This document shows, in pieces, positions 24,413-36,933 of a stretch of 57,758 nt of DNA. The notes beneath the pieces are model-generated. The model was not told the DNA's origin and searched no databases. It saw only the letters and a list, made by a program, of their open reading frames with translations. Source of the DNA: Alloascoidea hylecoeti (lineage: Eukaryota); NCBI GenBank assembly GCA_001600815.1, contig BCKZ01000017.1, forward strand, positions 160,390-218,147, read 5' to 3'. Both the position numbers and the translations under genes were made by a program. Every line of letters begins with the position of its first letter. Positions within the stretch are counted from its first letter, which is position 1.

Positions 24413-24838
24413 AGGAAATAAGGGTAATATATATCCTTCATTCATTAATAATATACATTTAAATTAAAATGAAGAACTATTTTTCCGTTCATGGAATAAT
24501 CTTAATAACCGAGATATTCGGTTGAACTTTTAAAAAAAAATATTAATTATTCAATCTAAGCGAAGTTTAACCAAAAATTCAAGCTATCATAAATATATAA
24601 TATAATAGACTTCTACCAAAATAAAAATAAAAAAAATATCCTCGTTCATTTCCGTTTTGTCTTGCGATCATGATCATCGCCAAAGAAATATTAATGATGC
24701 TCGGTAAGATATATGCATATTTTGTCTTATTCTAGATCTCATTACGTAAATCCTCCAAAAAAAAAAAAAAAATTTAAAAGTAAAAGTGTATGTGAAGAAT
24801 AATAAAATCAAAAATAGAACAAAAAAAAAAAAAACCCC

Positions 24839-24871
<33 letters not shown>

Positions 24872-25159
24872 ATGATAAGCTTATCAAATTTAAAAAATCC
24901 GCGGCTATGATTAATATTGTGATTTCAAATCTTTAAAATATAAAGTGACTATTATACAAACAGGATCCCTAATTCACAATATTTAAAAAGGATAAAAAAG
25001 TTGCATTTTATCAATCCGGGTAAGCATATATAACCAAATCCTTTATGTCCCTTATATTTTTCACATTTATTTCGCTGTGTTCTTAATCGATACGAGAGCC
25101 AAGAGATCCGCTGTTGTTATAACTCTCACTTTATTTATAAAAACTACTGATAATACGCG

Positions 25160-25490
25160 ATGGACAAACCAAAACGGAGACGCTACACTGAAGCTGAAAA
25201 AATACAAACTTTGCGAAACAATGCTAGATTTCCGAAAAAGTAGACGCGTCCTACAATTCAGTGGCCTTGTATTTTACGCGTTTAAAAGGTTGAAACCCCA
25301 CTATTCCCATTGCTGAAACTCGTGGTAGAAAGCCAAAAATGCAGCTAGGTCTACAAGGCACTTGGCAACGCTTAGCACTAGCTAACCGTGATTAACAATC
25401 GCCGGTGAGACAGTGCAGAGAAAAATGCCGAAAAAAAAAAGGTTCCCTTGAAGAAAAAACAGATTGACAATTGCAAAAAAGGTTTAGGCC
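25160..25490 (+). mobile_element. Degenerate Tc1-like transposase N-terminal (DNA-binding) region
   Basis: Pieced across frameshifts: MDKPKRRRYTEAEK...ETRGRKPKM / ARSTRHLA / RLALANR / LTIA...KKKVPLKKKQ. This follows the Tc1 pattern GRPRKLTxRxxRxLxRxxxxNRxxT...KKP. Confidence 0.5.
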
Positions 25491-25850
25491 CAAAATAATC
25501 AACTGCCAAAGTGAAGAACATGTAACAAAACTGCTCGAATTGGCTACAACGTCTCTCCACAGCATTAATGGAGATTTCTATTCCAAAATTATGGTGGAAA
25601 TATTCCAAGTTAAACTACAAATTTAACTCTTGATAAAATGTAAATGATCATGATATAACTGGATCCGGATAGGGAAATTCAGATCATTATTTTCCTAATT
25701 TTTAAATTTTTGTAATGTGAATTATGTGATTGAATTAATATCTAATATTTGACCTGCTTATCTGTACGAACTTTCCCACTGTTTTTCTTTTGGGGAGCTC
25801 TGGTATATCCTAAGTGTAATTATTCGCTATGCTACAAACGTAAGTGACGT

Positions 25851-26116
25851 TGGATTGTATTGATTAAGATATACAGTGATCGAAGATTCCGCCAATTTTA
25901 CGCTGGATCCTGATCCAATCAAGTTAAAAAATAAACTCGGATGAAAATATCAGATGTTGTTGACATTGAACTTCACTCCCTCACAGATTTTACATATTAT
26001 AATTATTATTAGCTTAAACATTGAGGGTAAAGAATATCATTACGTATCGATATCTGCAAGAATTAATATTGTAACCGTTTCAGTTGGTGAGATAGCAACA
26101 TAGAATTGTCATTATA
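25851..26116 (+). repeat. Dispersed degenerate repeat, copy A
   Basis: Shares gaaaatatcagatgytgttgayattg, ttaaacattgarggtaaa, aaagaatatcattacgta and tagaattgtcat blocks with 45612-46000 (-), and the last two with 52417-52585 (+). Confidence 0.75.
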
Positions 26117-27338
26117 CATATCTTTTTGTTGTATCATACTCCTAGAGTATATAAAGTTGTAAATACCATGCATTTATCTTAAAAAGCGAATTTCTCGAAA
26201 GTCTTTTGATAACTTTCTTCAAATTGGAAATAAGAAATATTGAGATAAGAGGAATATATCTTTGTAAAATTGTTATGATTATCCATAGGGGTAGTGTTAC
26301 GAAACTTACTATATTTGTAACAAAATATATTTTTCTATCATCTAAAAAATTGGTATGTTTGCCTCTTTTTTGGTTCAAAGCTGCTCTCGGCAGTGAAATA
26401 GGCTGGCAATAGGATCGTCAGAGGAACTGTTCTTGTATGAGTATTAATGAGTATTAAGGTTTTAATGATAAATCTTCAAAAGACGATCTCAGCCGTGACC
26501 AACTTTATTTTTTTTTTTGTCTTATAAAGAGGAAAGCAAGGTGAGGCTTTATATTAGAGGGGAAATAAACGAAATAATAATGTAAGTAGTGATAAATTTA
26601 GAGTATCATATGCTTTTGTAGTAGTATGTTTGATCTGACCATTAAGCACTAGTATCAAATCCTGAATCATTATTTAAAATTCAATTTAAGCTAACCATGA
26701 CAAGTAATGGTAGCTTTACTTATTAGTTTTATTGATATTTTTTTTGGTAGATTTAAATTGAGGATGGATTCTATATCGAATTAGTACATAAAACAAACAG
26801 GAATTTCCAAAGTCAGATTCTATTATTCTGCTTTGTCATTTCGTTATCCATTGTCACAAGCTTTATTCAGCCTACATTATTCGTCCTGGAATATCCTACA
26901 GTATTAACTACCGAAAAAACTCTGATGAAGGTTCTTATATAGATATAAATTAGTATGAAAGAAATAAATCAAGCAATAAATAATCTTAAGAAGTAAAAGG
27001 TATCTCGGCGGGCATTAATGGATGCTCAATGCGCTTGATCAATGAGCATAACATGTCAAGTTAACCGCTATTAATATTATGAGTTCAAGACACAAACCTT
27101 CCAGGAAAAAAAAGGGGGGGTTTCGGAATATGAATAAATCATCACCATCTTTACATTTTATATATTTTAAGCCTGAACTTGTAGCTGACAATTACATAGT
27201 ATCTATTCCTCGATGTAATACCGCGGGAAGGAAACACAGCTGTAACCTTATAGTAAGGATATAAGATGGATCACCGGTTATCACTCCACTTATAGACTCC
27301 CTTAATGGGAAAAGGATCCAGAAATTATAAGACACGGC

Positions 27339-27530
27339 CATTTTACTTAATTTCGGCCAGCCTCATAAATGGTTTTTGGTCGGGTTTAGCACCCGAAGTT
27401 GTTTTATATTCCCTGCATATTAACGGGTGGTCATACCAGTAATAATACGGCTGAAAATTAATTATGGTAACTTAAGGTTATAGGGATAGCTGATAATTAG
27501 TACTTATAATGGCCGAAATTAAGTGAAATG
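27339..27530. mobile_element. MITE-like element with 21-bp terminal inverted repeats
   Basis: CATTTTACTTAATTTCGGCCA (27339-27359) versus TGGCCGAAATTAAGTGAAATG (27510-27530): 20/21 complementary, no ORF inside. A third end copy lies at 28481-28500. Confidence 0.7.
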
Positions 27531-28283
27531 ACTATTCTACTTAATAATTAATATAAATAGACGACTGAACCTCGCTGGATTTATATAGTAGTTCAATTAA
27601 ATTCACTTAGATCGCGAAATTTGTTCTCTTTATAACCATGTATAACAAATATGTAGAATAGAGCATACAATCAAATGAAATATAAAAGCAATTATATATA
27701 TAACCTGCTTTTTGGGGATTGTTTAACAGTGTGGGAGTCTTGGTTATATATATTATCGTAACTTCACCCCTAAATTTAGTTAAGGGGTTTAAATAAATTT
27801 AACAAAATGATAAAGAGTGATAATATGATCAGTTTGTTATAGAATTGATTAATTGCTGAGTATAAACCTAAGTATTGAATGATTTAATTGATGTGGTGAA
27901 ATTAAAGTGATGAACAGATGGATTATTAAGGTACGTATACGTTGAAGAACAATAAAATTATTTGAAAATGAGCCAGCATATAATAGTTCAAACCATGTAA
28001 GGAAGGAGTAGAAACTTCAGAATTAATGGCATTATGATCACGGCTGAATTTGAAAAGTGCGAATAATATTCGTGAGTAGATATCTTATTTATCTTGACGA
28101 GTCAAATTTAAAGTTTAATCATAAACATTAATTACCTTATGATTATTGATGTCGTGTGTCAGTGACGCACCATCAAGCTGCTGTCGCAGGCTTTCATTCC
28201 ACATTGATAACCATGTAGAAAGAATTGTTGAGAATCCGAAGAATTCCATAAATTTACCTTCGTGACCATTACAATCAAAAAAT

Positions 28284-28307
28284 TGCGAACTCTGTGGATC
28301 GAACACA

Positions 28308-28349
<42 letters not shown>

Positions 28350-28356
28350 AGTCCGC
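28284..28356 (-). tRNA. tRNA-Phe(GAA), intronless
   Basis: GCGGACTTAGCTCAGTTGGGAGAGCGTCAGACTGAAGATCTGAAGGTCCTGTGTTCGATCCACAGAGTTCGCA, followed by a T6 terminator. Confidence 0.97.
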
Positions 28357-28370
28357 CGGAGAAAACAATA

Positions 28371-28444
28371 TGGACGACACCGGAATCGAACCGGGGACCT
28401 CTCGCATGCTAAGCGAATGTGATAACCAACTACACCAGACGCCC
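28371..28444 (-). tRNA. tRNA-Ala(AGC)
   Basis: GGGCGTCTGGTGTAGTTGGTTATCACATTCGCTTAGCATGCGAGAGGTCCCCGGTTCGATTCCGGTGTCGTCCA; G3:U70 Ala identity pair and anticodon AGC. Confidence 0.95.
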
Positions 28445-28855
28445 AACTTGATATCTGGAGGAATAATTAGTCCACCATGCGGCCGAAATTAAGTGGATTG
28501 AAATTTAGAAACCCAATCACGAACCTCCTAAATCCCTTAACTCTCAACGGTGCTCTCAAAGCCGGATGAGAAAGTGAAAATAGGAAGAGTGAGATAAAAC
28601 ACGTGACTGTTGGCGAGAAGCAACAATAACACAGCATGACGTACGCGTATAACGTTAATTGTATTAAATAATTCCGATGGCTGCAGATCTTTTCCCTGAG
28701 ACGATTACGTAAGACATATTCCCGAGAGTTGTAGCTGGCAAGTGCCGGATCTCTTTTCTTTTTCCTGCTGTCGTTTCTTTTTCTGACCCCAATTTGACTT
28801 TAAAAACAGCCATTTTCCTCTTCTTTCGCTTTTTCTCAAATCCCAAATCTTCCAA

Positions 28856-31800
28856 ATGGCGACAGACTCGGCTCCGAACGGCCAACCGAGTAGTCTCCCG
28901 GGTGGCCTTCCGAGCCTCCCGAGCCTCCCGAGCACTGGTGCTTCCAACCCTGCTCCCGCCACTGCTACCAACTCTGAAGAACTGCCTCAGTCATATAAAG
29001 ATTTGCTTACCACCAACTCTGAAACCTGGCTGTCTGTTGGCTCTTTGGCCGAACTGCTATCCGATGCTGACAAAGCGGTCCAATGCTATGAAAACGCTCT
29101 GAGGCACAGTCCTTATTCAGTGCCTGTCCTGACGGCCGTGGCCAATCTTTATCGCTCAAAAGACATGTTTGACAAAGCCGCGGAGTATTATCAAGCTATT
29201 TTAAATGTATCCCAGGATTCTGGTGAAGTTTGGGGTTTACTAGGTTATTGTTTTTTGATGCTCGATGATCTACAAAGAGCTTATACCGCTTATCAACAGG
29301 CCTTGTATCATTTGAATAATCCAAATGTACCCAAGCTGTGGCACGGAATCGGCATATTGTATGATCGATATGGTTCTATTGAATATGCTGAAGAGGCTTT
29401 TTCAAGAGTTTTGGAAATGGATCCAAATTTCGAAAAGGCAAATGAAATTTATTTTAGATTAGGTATAATTTATAAACATGAACATAAATATCAACAATCT
29501 TTGGATTGTTTTAAATATATTTTGAAAAATCCTCCTAGTCCCTTAACTGAAATTGATATTTGGTTTCAAATTGGTTCCATTTATGAATTACAAAAGAATT
29601 TCATGAGCGCTAAAGAAGTTTATGAAAAAGTCTTGGATCAAAATAAAAACCATTCAAAAGTTTTATCACAATTGGGTTCTCTATATTCTCAACCTTTGAA
29701 CTCTTTTGCCAATAATGAAGTTGCAATTCAATACTTGACTCAATCTTTGGAGATTGATTCAACTGATGCTCAAGCATGGTATCAATTGGGTCGTAGTTAT
29801 ATGGCTTTGACTAATTATAATAAAGCTTATGAAGCCTTTCAACAAGCTGTTAATCGTGATCAAGCGAATCCTACTTTTTGGTGTTCAATTGGTGTTTTAT
29901 ATTATCAAATTAATCAATACAGAGATGCTTTAGATGCTTATTCAAGAGCGATCAGATTAAATCCAAGAATTTCGGAAGTTTGGTACGACTTAGGTACTCT
30001 ATATGAAACTTGTAATAATCAAATTGATGATGCTTTACATGCTTATAGGCAAGCTGCTTCTTTGGATCCATCAAATCCTCAAATTAAAGAAAGATTGGAA
30101 AGATTAACTCAAGCTCAAGCACAAGGTAATCAAATACAACCTCCTCCTCAACCTCAAGGTCAATTACAATTACCTCCTCAGCAACCTTCTCAACAAACTT
30201 CAGCTCAAGGACAACCTGGGACACTACAACAATATGGTTTACAAGCACAAGCACAAGCACAAGCTCAGGTTCAAGCTCAGGTTCAAGCTCAAGTTCAAGC
30301 TCAAGTTCAAGCTCAAGTTCAAGCTCAAGCTCAAGCTCAAGTTCAAGCTCAAGTTCAAGCTCAAGCGCAGAATCAGGCACAAGTACAAGCACAACAAATT
30401 CATCAAATTCAACAATCTCAATCTCAAACTCCAGAACCACGATTACAACCAACAAGCCATTATCAATCGATTACCTCACCTGCTACTTCATCACAGAATC
30501 ATGGTTGGAATTTTGATAATATTAATCTAAATAATAATTCAAAATCTCAAACTCCCGTTCCTGCTCCTGAATCTATGCAGAATGGTAACGGTAGTACAAA
30601 TGCAAATGGTAATGGAAATAAAAAGAAGGAACGTAGTAAAAAGGAAAAAAGAAAACGAAATAGTAGTAATAAAGTTTCTAGACAAAGTACACCTGTTAGA
30701 TCAAGAGTTTCAACTCCCCAATTACAAACATCAACTCCTGTTCCTGAACCACAATCACAACCACAATCACAATCAAAACCACAAACAAGTGGCCCAATAA
30801 GCATTTCAAGTTTAACTTCTAATGAACCAAGTTCATATCCTGTAGTTACTATTCCAAGTCAATCACAAGCGCAAACCCAAACGCAAGGAACTTTAGCGCC
30901 GCTGATAGCGCCTATTCATTCAAATTCAAATTTAAATTCAAATTCTTTACAATCAATTTTAGGTACTACACCACCAGTACTTTTATCTACATCAACTTCT
31001 ACTTCACCCACTACTATAGTGTCCGAAACTAATAGTTTAAAAAGGACTCGTGAGGAAACTTTACCAAGTGCTTATGAACCAAATTCTAAAAAAATCACTT
31101 TAAATAAACTAGAAGAAACTTTTACAAATAATGTTGAAAACCCCAAAGAAGATAAAATCAAACAAGATGAAAAAGAAACTGAAACTGAAACTGAAATTGC
31201 AAATAAACGTGAAATTGCTCCTAAAGATATAAATGCAATGGATATTGATTCAACTTCAAATCATGAAAATGAGAATGAACATGAGAATGAGAATGAGAAT
31301 GAAAATGAAAATGAAAATTCTTTAGCGCCTGTTAATGTTGTTTCTGAACAACCACAAAGGATAATTGAAGAGGAAGATAATTATGATGATGAGGAGGATG
31401 AACAAGATCAATTGAAACAAACTGATTCAAATTCAAAAGTTAAAGAAAGAGAATTAACTGAGAAAATTGAGAAAATCGATATTAATAAAAATGATACAAT
31501 TGATGAGGAATCTAAATCATTAGACTTGAATGAATCAAAGCAATTACAAGAAAGTGAAGAAATTAAATCAAATGGTGATATAAATCATGAAAATGAAAAT
31601 GAAAATGAAGAAAACAAAATAGATACAGGTAATAATAAAGATGTTAAAACAAATGATGATGATCATAATAATAAAATAATAAAAGAAACCGAAACCACAA
31701 TTGAAAATAATAATGAACAGGATAAAATAAATAAAGGGGAAGATAAAACTGAAACTGAAACTGAAACTGAAATTAAGGAAAATGAAAGATCTGTTATTAC

Positions 31801-31924
31801 TAATACTAATACTACAATTTCAACATCAATTCCATCACCAAAACTTTCTGATGTTAATGGTAATGACGTTGATAAAGCTGAAGAAACAAAAATGAAAACA
31901 AACTTAGAATCAGAAGAAATATGA
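28856..31924 (+). CDS. CYC8: General transcriptional co-repressor Cyc8/Ssn6 (TPR repeats, QA/QV repeat, acidic tail)
   Basis: TPR array with LWHGIGILYDRYGS, EIYFRLGIIYK, FWCSIGVLYYQINQYRDALDAYSRAIRLNP, followed by (QA/QV)n. Confidence 0.96.
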   Translation: MATDSAPNGQPSSLPGGLPSLPSLPSTGASNPAPATATNSEELPQSYKDLLTTNSETWLSVGSLAELLSDADKAVQCYENALRHSPYSVPVLTAVANLYRSKDMFDKAAEYYQAILNVSQDSGEVWGLLGYCFLMLDDLQRAYTAYQQALYHLNNPNVPKLWHGIGILYDRYGSIEYAEEAFSRVLEMDPNFEKANEIYFRLGIIYKHEHKYQQSLDCFKYILKNPPSPLTEIDIWFQIGSIYELQKNFMSAKEVYEKVLDQNKNHSKVLSQLGSLYSQPLNSFANNEVAIQYLTQSLEIDSTDAQAWYQLGRSYMALTNYNKAYEAFQQAVNRDQANPTFWCSIGVLYYQINQYRDALDAYSRAIRLNPRISEVWYDLGTLYETCNNQIDDALHAYRQAASLDPSNPQIKERLERLTQAQAQGNQIQPPPQPQGQLQLPPQQPSQQTSAQGQPGTLQQYGLQAQAQAQAQVQAQVQAQVQAQVQAQVQAQAQAQVQAQVQAQAQNQAQVQAQQIHQIQQSQSQTPEPRLQPTSHYQSITSPATSSQNHGWNFDNINLNNNSKSQTPVPAPESMQNGNGSTNANGNGNKKKERSKKEKRKRNSSNKVSRQSTPVRSRVSTPQLQTSTPVPEPQSQPQSQSKPQTSGPISISSLTSNEPSSYPVVTIPSQSQAQTQTQGTLAPLIAPIHSNSNLNSNSLQSILGTTPPVLLSTSTSTSPTTIVSETNSLKRTREETLPSAYEPNSKKITLNKLEETFTNNVENPKEDKIKQDEKETETETEIANKREIAPKDINAMDIDSTSNHENENEHENENENENENENSLAPVNVVSEQPQRIIEEEDNYDDEEDEQDQLKQTDSNSKVKERELTEKIEKIDINKNDTIDEESKSLDLNESKQLQESEEIKSNGDINHENENENEENKIDTGNNKDVKTNDDDHNNKIIKETETTIENNNEQDKINKGEDKTETETETEIKENERSVITNTNTTISTSIPSPKLSDVNGNDVDKAEETKMKTNLESEEI

Positions 31925-34900
31925 TTTAAATTTTGAAATTGAAAACATTAATTGAAAAATAGTTTGTAAATAATTGATGAATCAAATCAAAGAATCAAAG
32001 ATTTAAAAAGGGTTAAAAAAAAAAAGAGATCAAAAATTATTATTTTTATTGTTTTATCGTTTTTTTTATTTTTGTTCTATACATTTATCTTTCACTTTTT
32101 TGTTTTTTGTTTTTTTTGTTTCTCGATTCACTCATTTTACATCATTTGTTTTTAAGATATCGATGTATCGATTTATATTTGATACACAAGAAAAAAGAAA
32201 AAGAAAAAAAAATTTTATAATTTTTTCACAGATAAATTAATAGATTGATGATTATTGTAATTGTATTTTTTTATTATTTCATTTTTACTATTCACTTACC
32301 TTATTTTATTATAACTTTTACTGCTTAAATTTACTGTTATAATTATTATTATATCATATATATTACTTCACCTTTATTGATGAATTTTAGTTATATTTTA
32401 ATTTAGCTATAGCGCTGATATTATGATATGGAATCTGGATATCGTAATATTTAGTAGATTTAGTAGATTAGTAATAATTTTATTGTGATTGCAATCAATT
32501 ATAAGCCTTATCGTCATTACATAATACATACATGACTTATAACTTATAGGTTATAACCACGCGTCAATTATCAATTATATAGATGAAACAGATCCGGATC
32601 TAGACTAAAATATATATGCTACTATTCATTATTAGAATTGGGCATTTCATGGGTTGAATCAACTTGAATGCTTGAATGCTTTATAATTCTAATTATAATT
32701 GTATTATGTGTTTTGCTGACATAAAAACCTCTTATTAATAAGACTCATTTGGATCATATGATTTATGATTTTCTTTGCAGCCTGTGGGGAACTTAAAATT
32801 ATAAATAAAACCTTCCACTCCTCATGATTATAAATTTTCATGTTTTTCTATAATAGAGCGATATGCATATTCTTCTATTAAAACCCTGGTAATGGACTGT
32901 ATATCGTTTTCTGGTGGCTGGAAGTTAGTGTATCAGTCAATTGCAAAGTGTGGTGTCGGTGGGCTGGTGGGTGTTGCCTCGGCATATGACGGAATTAATT
33001 TCGTTGTGTTAGTGTCAGGGTGATAGAAAAGTTGTCTAAGAATCATTCCCAGACATATGTGTACCGGTATATGCATACGTAGAATGATTGTTTCCATATC
33101 AATCAGTGACTAATTAATATTTTGTAAAATAACCAAATAAAATCACCCAATAAATCGGAACATATTACCCAAATTATATGCTAAAACAAACGACGACTAA
33201 ATAAACAGAAACGTTAACTGATTGTCAAATCTCTTATAAGTTTTTGACCTTGACACCTTAACTTTTAACTTCTCACACGTGCTTAGTTCTATCCAATTGT
33301 AGTCCAAATCTAAATCTAAATATAACAACAACAAAATGCCCCAACAGAGCTCGAAAAATCTTATTTCCACCTATCCTGAAGGGATACACACTCCACACAA
33401 CAACACACGCCGACCGATTTCATACGGGGAAATAAGGTCCTAAAGGATCAGAAGAGTTTACAGAACTAGAAAATAAGTATATCAACACTAAATATAGCAA
33501 AAAATATAAAGTTAAGTTTACCCGAAATCTAAGCAAAACAATATTCATAGATTTCTCCTAAAACTCTCAAAATCTTCAAAATCTTAATTTCGCAGATAAT
33601 CAGAGATAAGTCCCTAAACTTATTCGTTATTGGGAATTTTTTTCCTTTTTAGAATAAATGATAATGAGTTAACTTTCCCTCATATTGAGAATAATCAAAT
33701 AATGAACCGTCTAAAACAATGGTACAAAAGGAATAACTGCCCAGTCCTCACCCACATTGAAGTATCAACATAGATCCGAGATATTGATCATATAAGTAAA
33801 AATTTATATACCAGTATATGTAGTATATCACGGGCTTATATAAAAAGATAAACCTTTAATCCATATCTTTTAATTTGCTTCTTGAGTATAACTTATACGA
33901 AGTATTACCAAGTATTACGCACTCCCCGTGTAGAAACGGTGAGTGCTATTTAATTTGTAGATGCCCGTTAAAAGATCTTGGAGCTCTCTCAATCCAAACA
34001 GAAGATATAAGCTCTATTTATGAATACAGAATTGCAATTGCCTCAAGAATCGTGACACTAAAGATTGGTCAATTGGATTTCTGGTGGTGGTGGAACGCGA
34101 GGGTTCTAGCTACACCGAATTTGCCTTCATCCTAGATCTGTCATCGTATTAAGTAAATTGAGGATATTCATTCATTGACAACAAAAGGATACATGAACGA
34201 TAACATAACTAGTGGAGTCAGTGAGAAGGGCGGCCAATTTCGCTAAATTAATGATTTAGAGATGAAGCTCTAGATTGTCCCCTTGAAAAACGAGTTAACA
34301 GTGCAATGATGCAAAGTAGGTACTAGTATTGAGGACGAGAGAAAAATCAACGTTTAACCCTGAGCAGAGAGTGTTAGTATGAAAGAATCTATTTACATGT
34401 ACATACTGGGTGATCCTATAAATGTACTCGGCCCAAGAGTTACACCAACTGAAGAACATATATCAAAGATTGGTCAAAATGTAGTAGTAGGGATGAACTA
34501 CGTAGCCAATATAGTGAGATAATTGGAGTTGCAACAGGAAGCAATCGATTAACGCGGTAAATATATTATGTATGCAAAAAAGTATCAGTTCACAGAACAA
34601 ATGGCTAAAACTAACTATCAAAGTTCCTGCTATGTCTATCTTCAAAACAGCTGTTGTCCTATGATCAAAAGATCAATTCTAAAAACTCCATGTTATGCTT
34701 GAAAAAGAAGTTAGCGAAATAATTGTGCACTCAATAGCTCCAACCAGAAGTATCATATACAAGGCATGGTCCAAAGCTGGAACATTACCAAATAAGGTGC
34801 TCATTTGCTTGACTGACTGATCAACAAGTTAAGGTATATTGACCCAAATAATCGTATTAAAGGTGTTGTTTCACGGTACCGGTATATCAGAGCAGTTTGA

Positions 34901-35877
34901 CGTGCAAACATTAAATATATCGAGGAAGCATATAATATATAATTTTTATCTTGTGTCCCCAGATCATTTGTATCCAATCATACAAGGCCTTATAAGGAAT
35001 CTCACTCGATCATCATTTAAAATTTTCCTTCAAGGACATGAATAGTTACCAAAAATCAAGAATTAGTATTGTTTTTATTTCTATTGAGCATAAACGTCAA
35101 CTTATACAAAAACCAACAAACAAATATATTTAACCTTTTGGCTTACAGAACTAAAATTTCAACCTTCAACTTTGCAGTTGAAAAAACAGGAAGCGCCTTC
35201 AATCAACTCCAAATCATTGGAGGAGAAACACATTGGGGTATCAGCTTTATTAATATTAATAGGACAAGTGATATCAGCTTATTCATACTTTTCTTAATAT
35301 TATAATATTAATTCATCCGTTATCACTACAATATTATACCGTTGGAACAATCTTGAACTAATTGTATTTAATGGGATAGATAACCATATTTATAAAGTGA
35401 ATCAATATTTATGACCAATTGTGATTGATACCAATGGAAAACGTTAATAATTTATATTTGAATACTCGGATCGGGGTGTAAAAACGTGGGCTGTTGCGAT
35501 ATCGTGATTGTATGTGAGGGTAGATCCTACCATGTACAGCGTTTCAGATCCTAAAACGTCCGTATTTCAACTATAAAGGCTTACAAACCTTTAAACGTCC
35601 GGTTGACCGGTTGATAAAAAACGCGCTGGACACCTTTTAGAGTATATAAATAGGAAACGTCCGGGCTGAATGAGGCATTTCCGACACGCTCCGGAGGCTG
35701 TTTTCCCGACTGCAGGATCTTGTCTGTGATTGGCTGGTATAAAATAACCCTTCGGAAAGCAGGAATATTTATAATGATTATAAATACTCCGCACTGGTTC
35801 GTTTTTCTTTTACTTGTCCTCTTCATCAACAAATTATTTATTTATTTAGTTAGTTATTCATTCAATTTGAAAACACA

Positions 35878-36933
35878 ATGTCTACAACCGGTGGTTTTAT
35901 TGATGATGTTGAAACAGACATCATTACCCTTTCTCGTTTTATCCTTCAAGAACAACACAAAGTTGGGGCTAAAGCAAGTGGGGATTTTACATTATTATTA
36001 AATTCTCTTCAATTTGCTTTTAAATTCATTGCTCATAATATAAGAAGATCAACTTTAGTTAACTTAATTGGTCTTGCTGGTGCTCAAAATTCAACTGGTG
36101 ATGACCAAAAGAAATTAGACGTTATTGGAGATGAAATATTTATTAACGCAATGAAAGGTAGTCACAATGTTAAAGTATTAGTTTCTGAGGAACAAGAAGA
36201 TTTAATTATTTTTGAAGGCAATGGAAAATATGCCGTTGTTTGTGATCCAATTGATGGATCATCAAATTTAGATGCTGGGGTTTCCGTTGGTACTATTTTT
36301 GGTATTTATAAATTATTACCTGATTCAAAAGGTTCTATTAAGGATGTTTTAAGACCAGGAACTGAAATGGTTGCTGCTGGATATACAATGTACGGTGCTT
36401 CAACGCATTTAATGTTGACTACTGGTGTTGGTGTGAATGGTTTTACTTTGGATACCAATCTTGGTGAATTCATCCTGACCAATCCTTCCTTAACACTCCC
36501 TAAGATTCGTACAATTTACTCAGTTAATGAAGGTAATACAAAATATTGGGAACAATCTACACAAGATTTCATTCATTCATTAAAATTCCCAGCTGATCCA
36601 AAGGCAAAACCTTACACTGCAAGATATGTTGGATCTATGGTTGCTGATATTCATCGTACTTTATTATATGGTGGATTTTATGCTTATCCAGCAGATAAAA
36701 AATCTAAAAAAGGAAAATTAAGAGTCTTATATGAATGCTTCCCAATGGCCTTTTTAATAGAACAAGCTGGTGGTTTAGCTGTCGATGATCAAGGTAATAG
36801 AATTATGGAATTACAACCAACAATGATTCATGAAAGAAGTGGCATTTGGTTAGGTAGTAGAGGTGAGATTGAGAAGTTCTTAACAACTATCCCAAAAAAA
36901 AACTTTTTGAAACTTCATCAAGATCCTCACTAA
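35878..36933 (+). CDS. FBP1: Fructose-1,6-bisphosphatase
   Basis: GDDQKKLDV, LVSEEQE, DPIDGSSNLD, RYVGSMVADIHRT, GKLRVLYE. See finding on a possible frameshift extension to 37136. Confidence 0.97.
   Translation: MSTTGGFIDDVETDIITLSRFILQEQHKVGAKASGDFTLLLNSLQFAFKFIAHNIRRSTLVNLIGLAGAQNSTGDDQKKLDVIGDEIFINAMKGSHNVKVLVSEEQEDLIIFEGNGKYAVVCDPIDGSSNLDAGVSVGTIFGIYKLLPDSKGSIKDVLRPGTEMVAAGYTMYGASTHLMLTTGVGVNGFTLDTNLGEFILTNPSLTLPKIRTIYSVNEGNTKYWEQSTQDFIHSLKFPADPKAKPYTARYVGSMVADIHRTLLYGGFYAYPADKKSKKGKLRVLYECFPMAFLIEQAGGLAVDDQGNRIMELQPTMIHERSGIWLGSRGEIEKFLTTIPKKNFLKLHQDPH

Noticed and set aside
25150..25285. Three ACGCG (MCB-like) sites suggesting a G1/S promoter or ncRNA such as telomerase RNA
   Set aside because: They fall in or beside the Tc1-like relic; no template or snRNA hallmarks found and no downstream gene.
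30084..30530. ELELEL / FKLKFKL / LNLSLN ORFs and an array-like repeat
   Set aside because: Alternative frames of the Cyc8 QA/QV coding repeat; no spacers, so not CRISPR.
19287..31924. Alternative CUG decoding (Ser or Ala)
   Set aside because: CTG encodes invariant Leu in PSA1 (RPLT, IVLAV) and Cyc8 (KLWHG).
33875..35045. Short ORFs and coding-like relics between CYC8 and FBP1
   Set aside because: No recognisable motifs and many stops; cannot be assigned by eye.
35310..35760. CSRE (Cat8/Sip4) sites upstream of FBP1
   Set aside because: Best matches (TCCGGTTGACCG, TTAATTCATCCG) carry 1-2 mismatches; plausible but not supportable.
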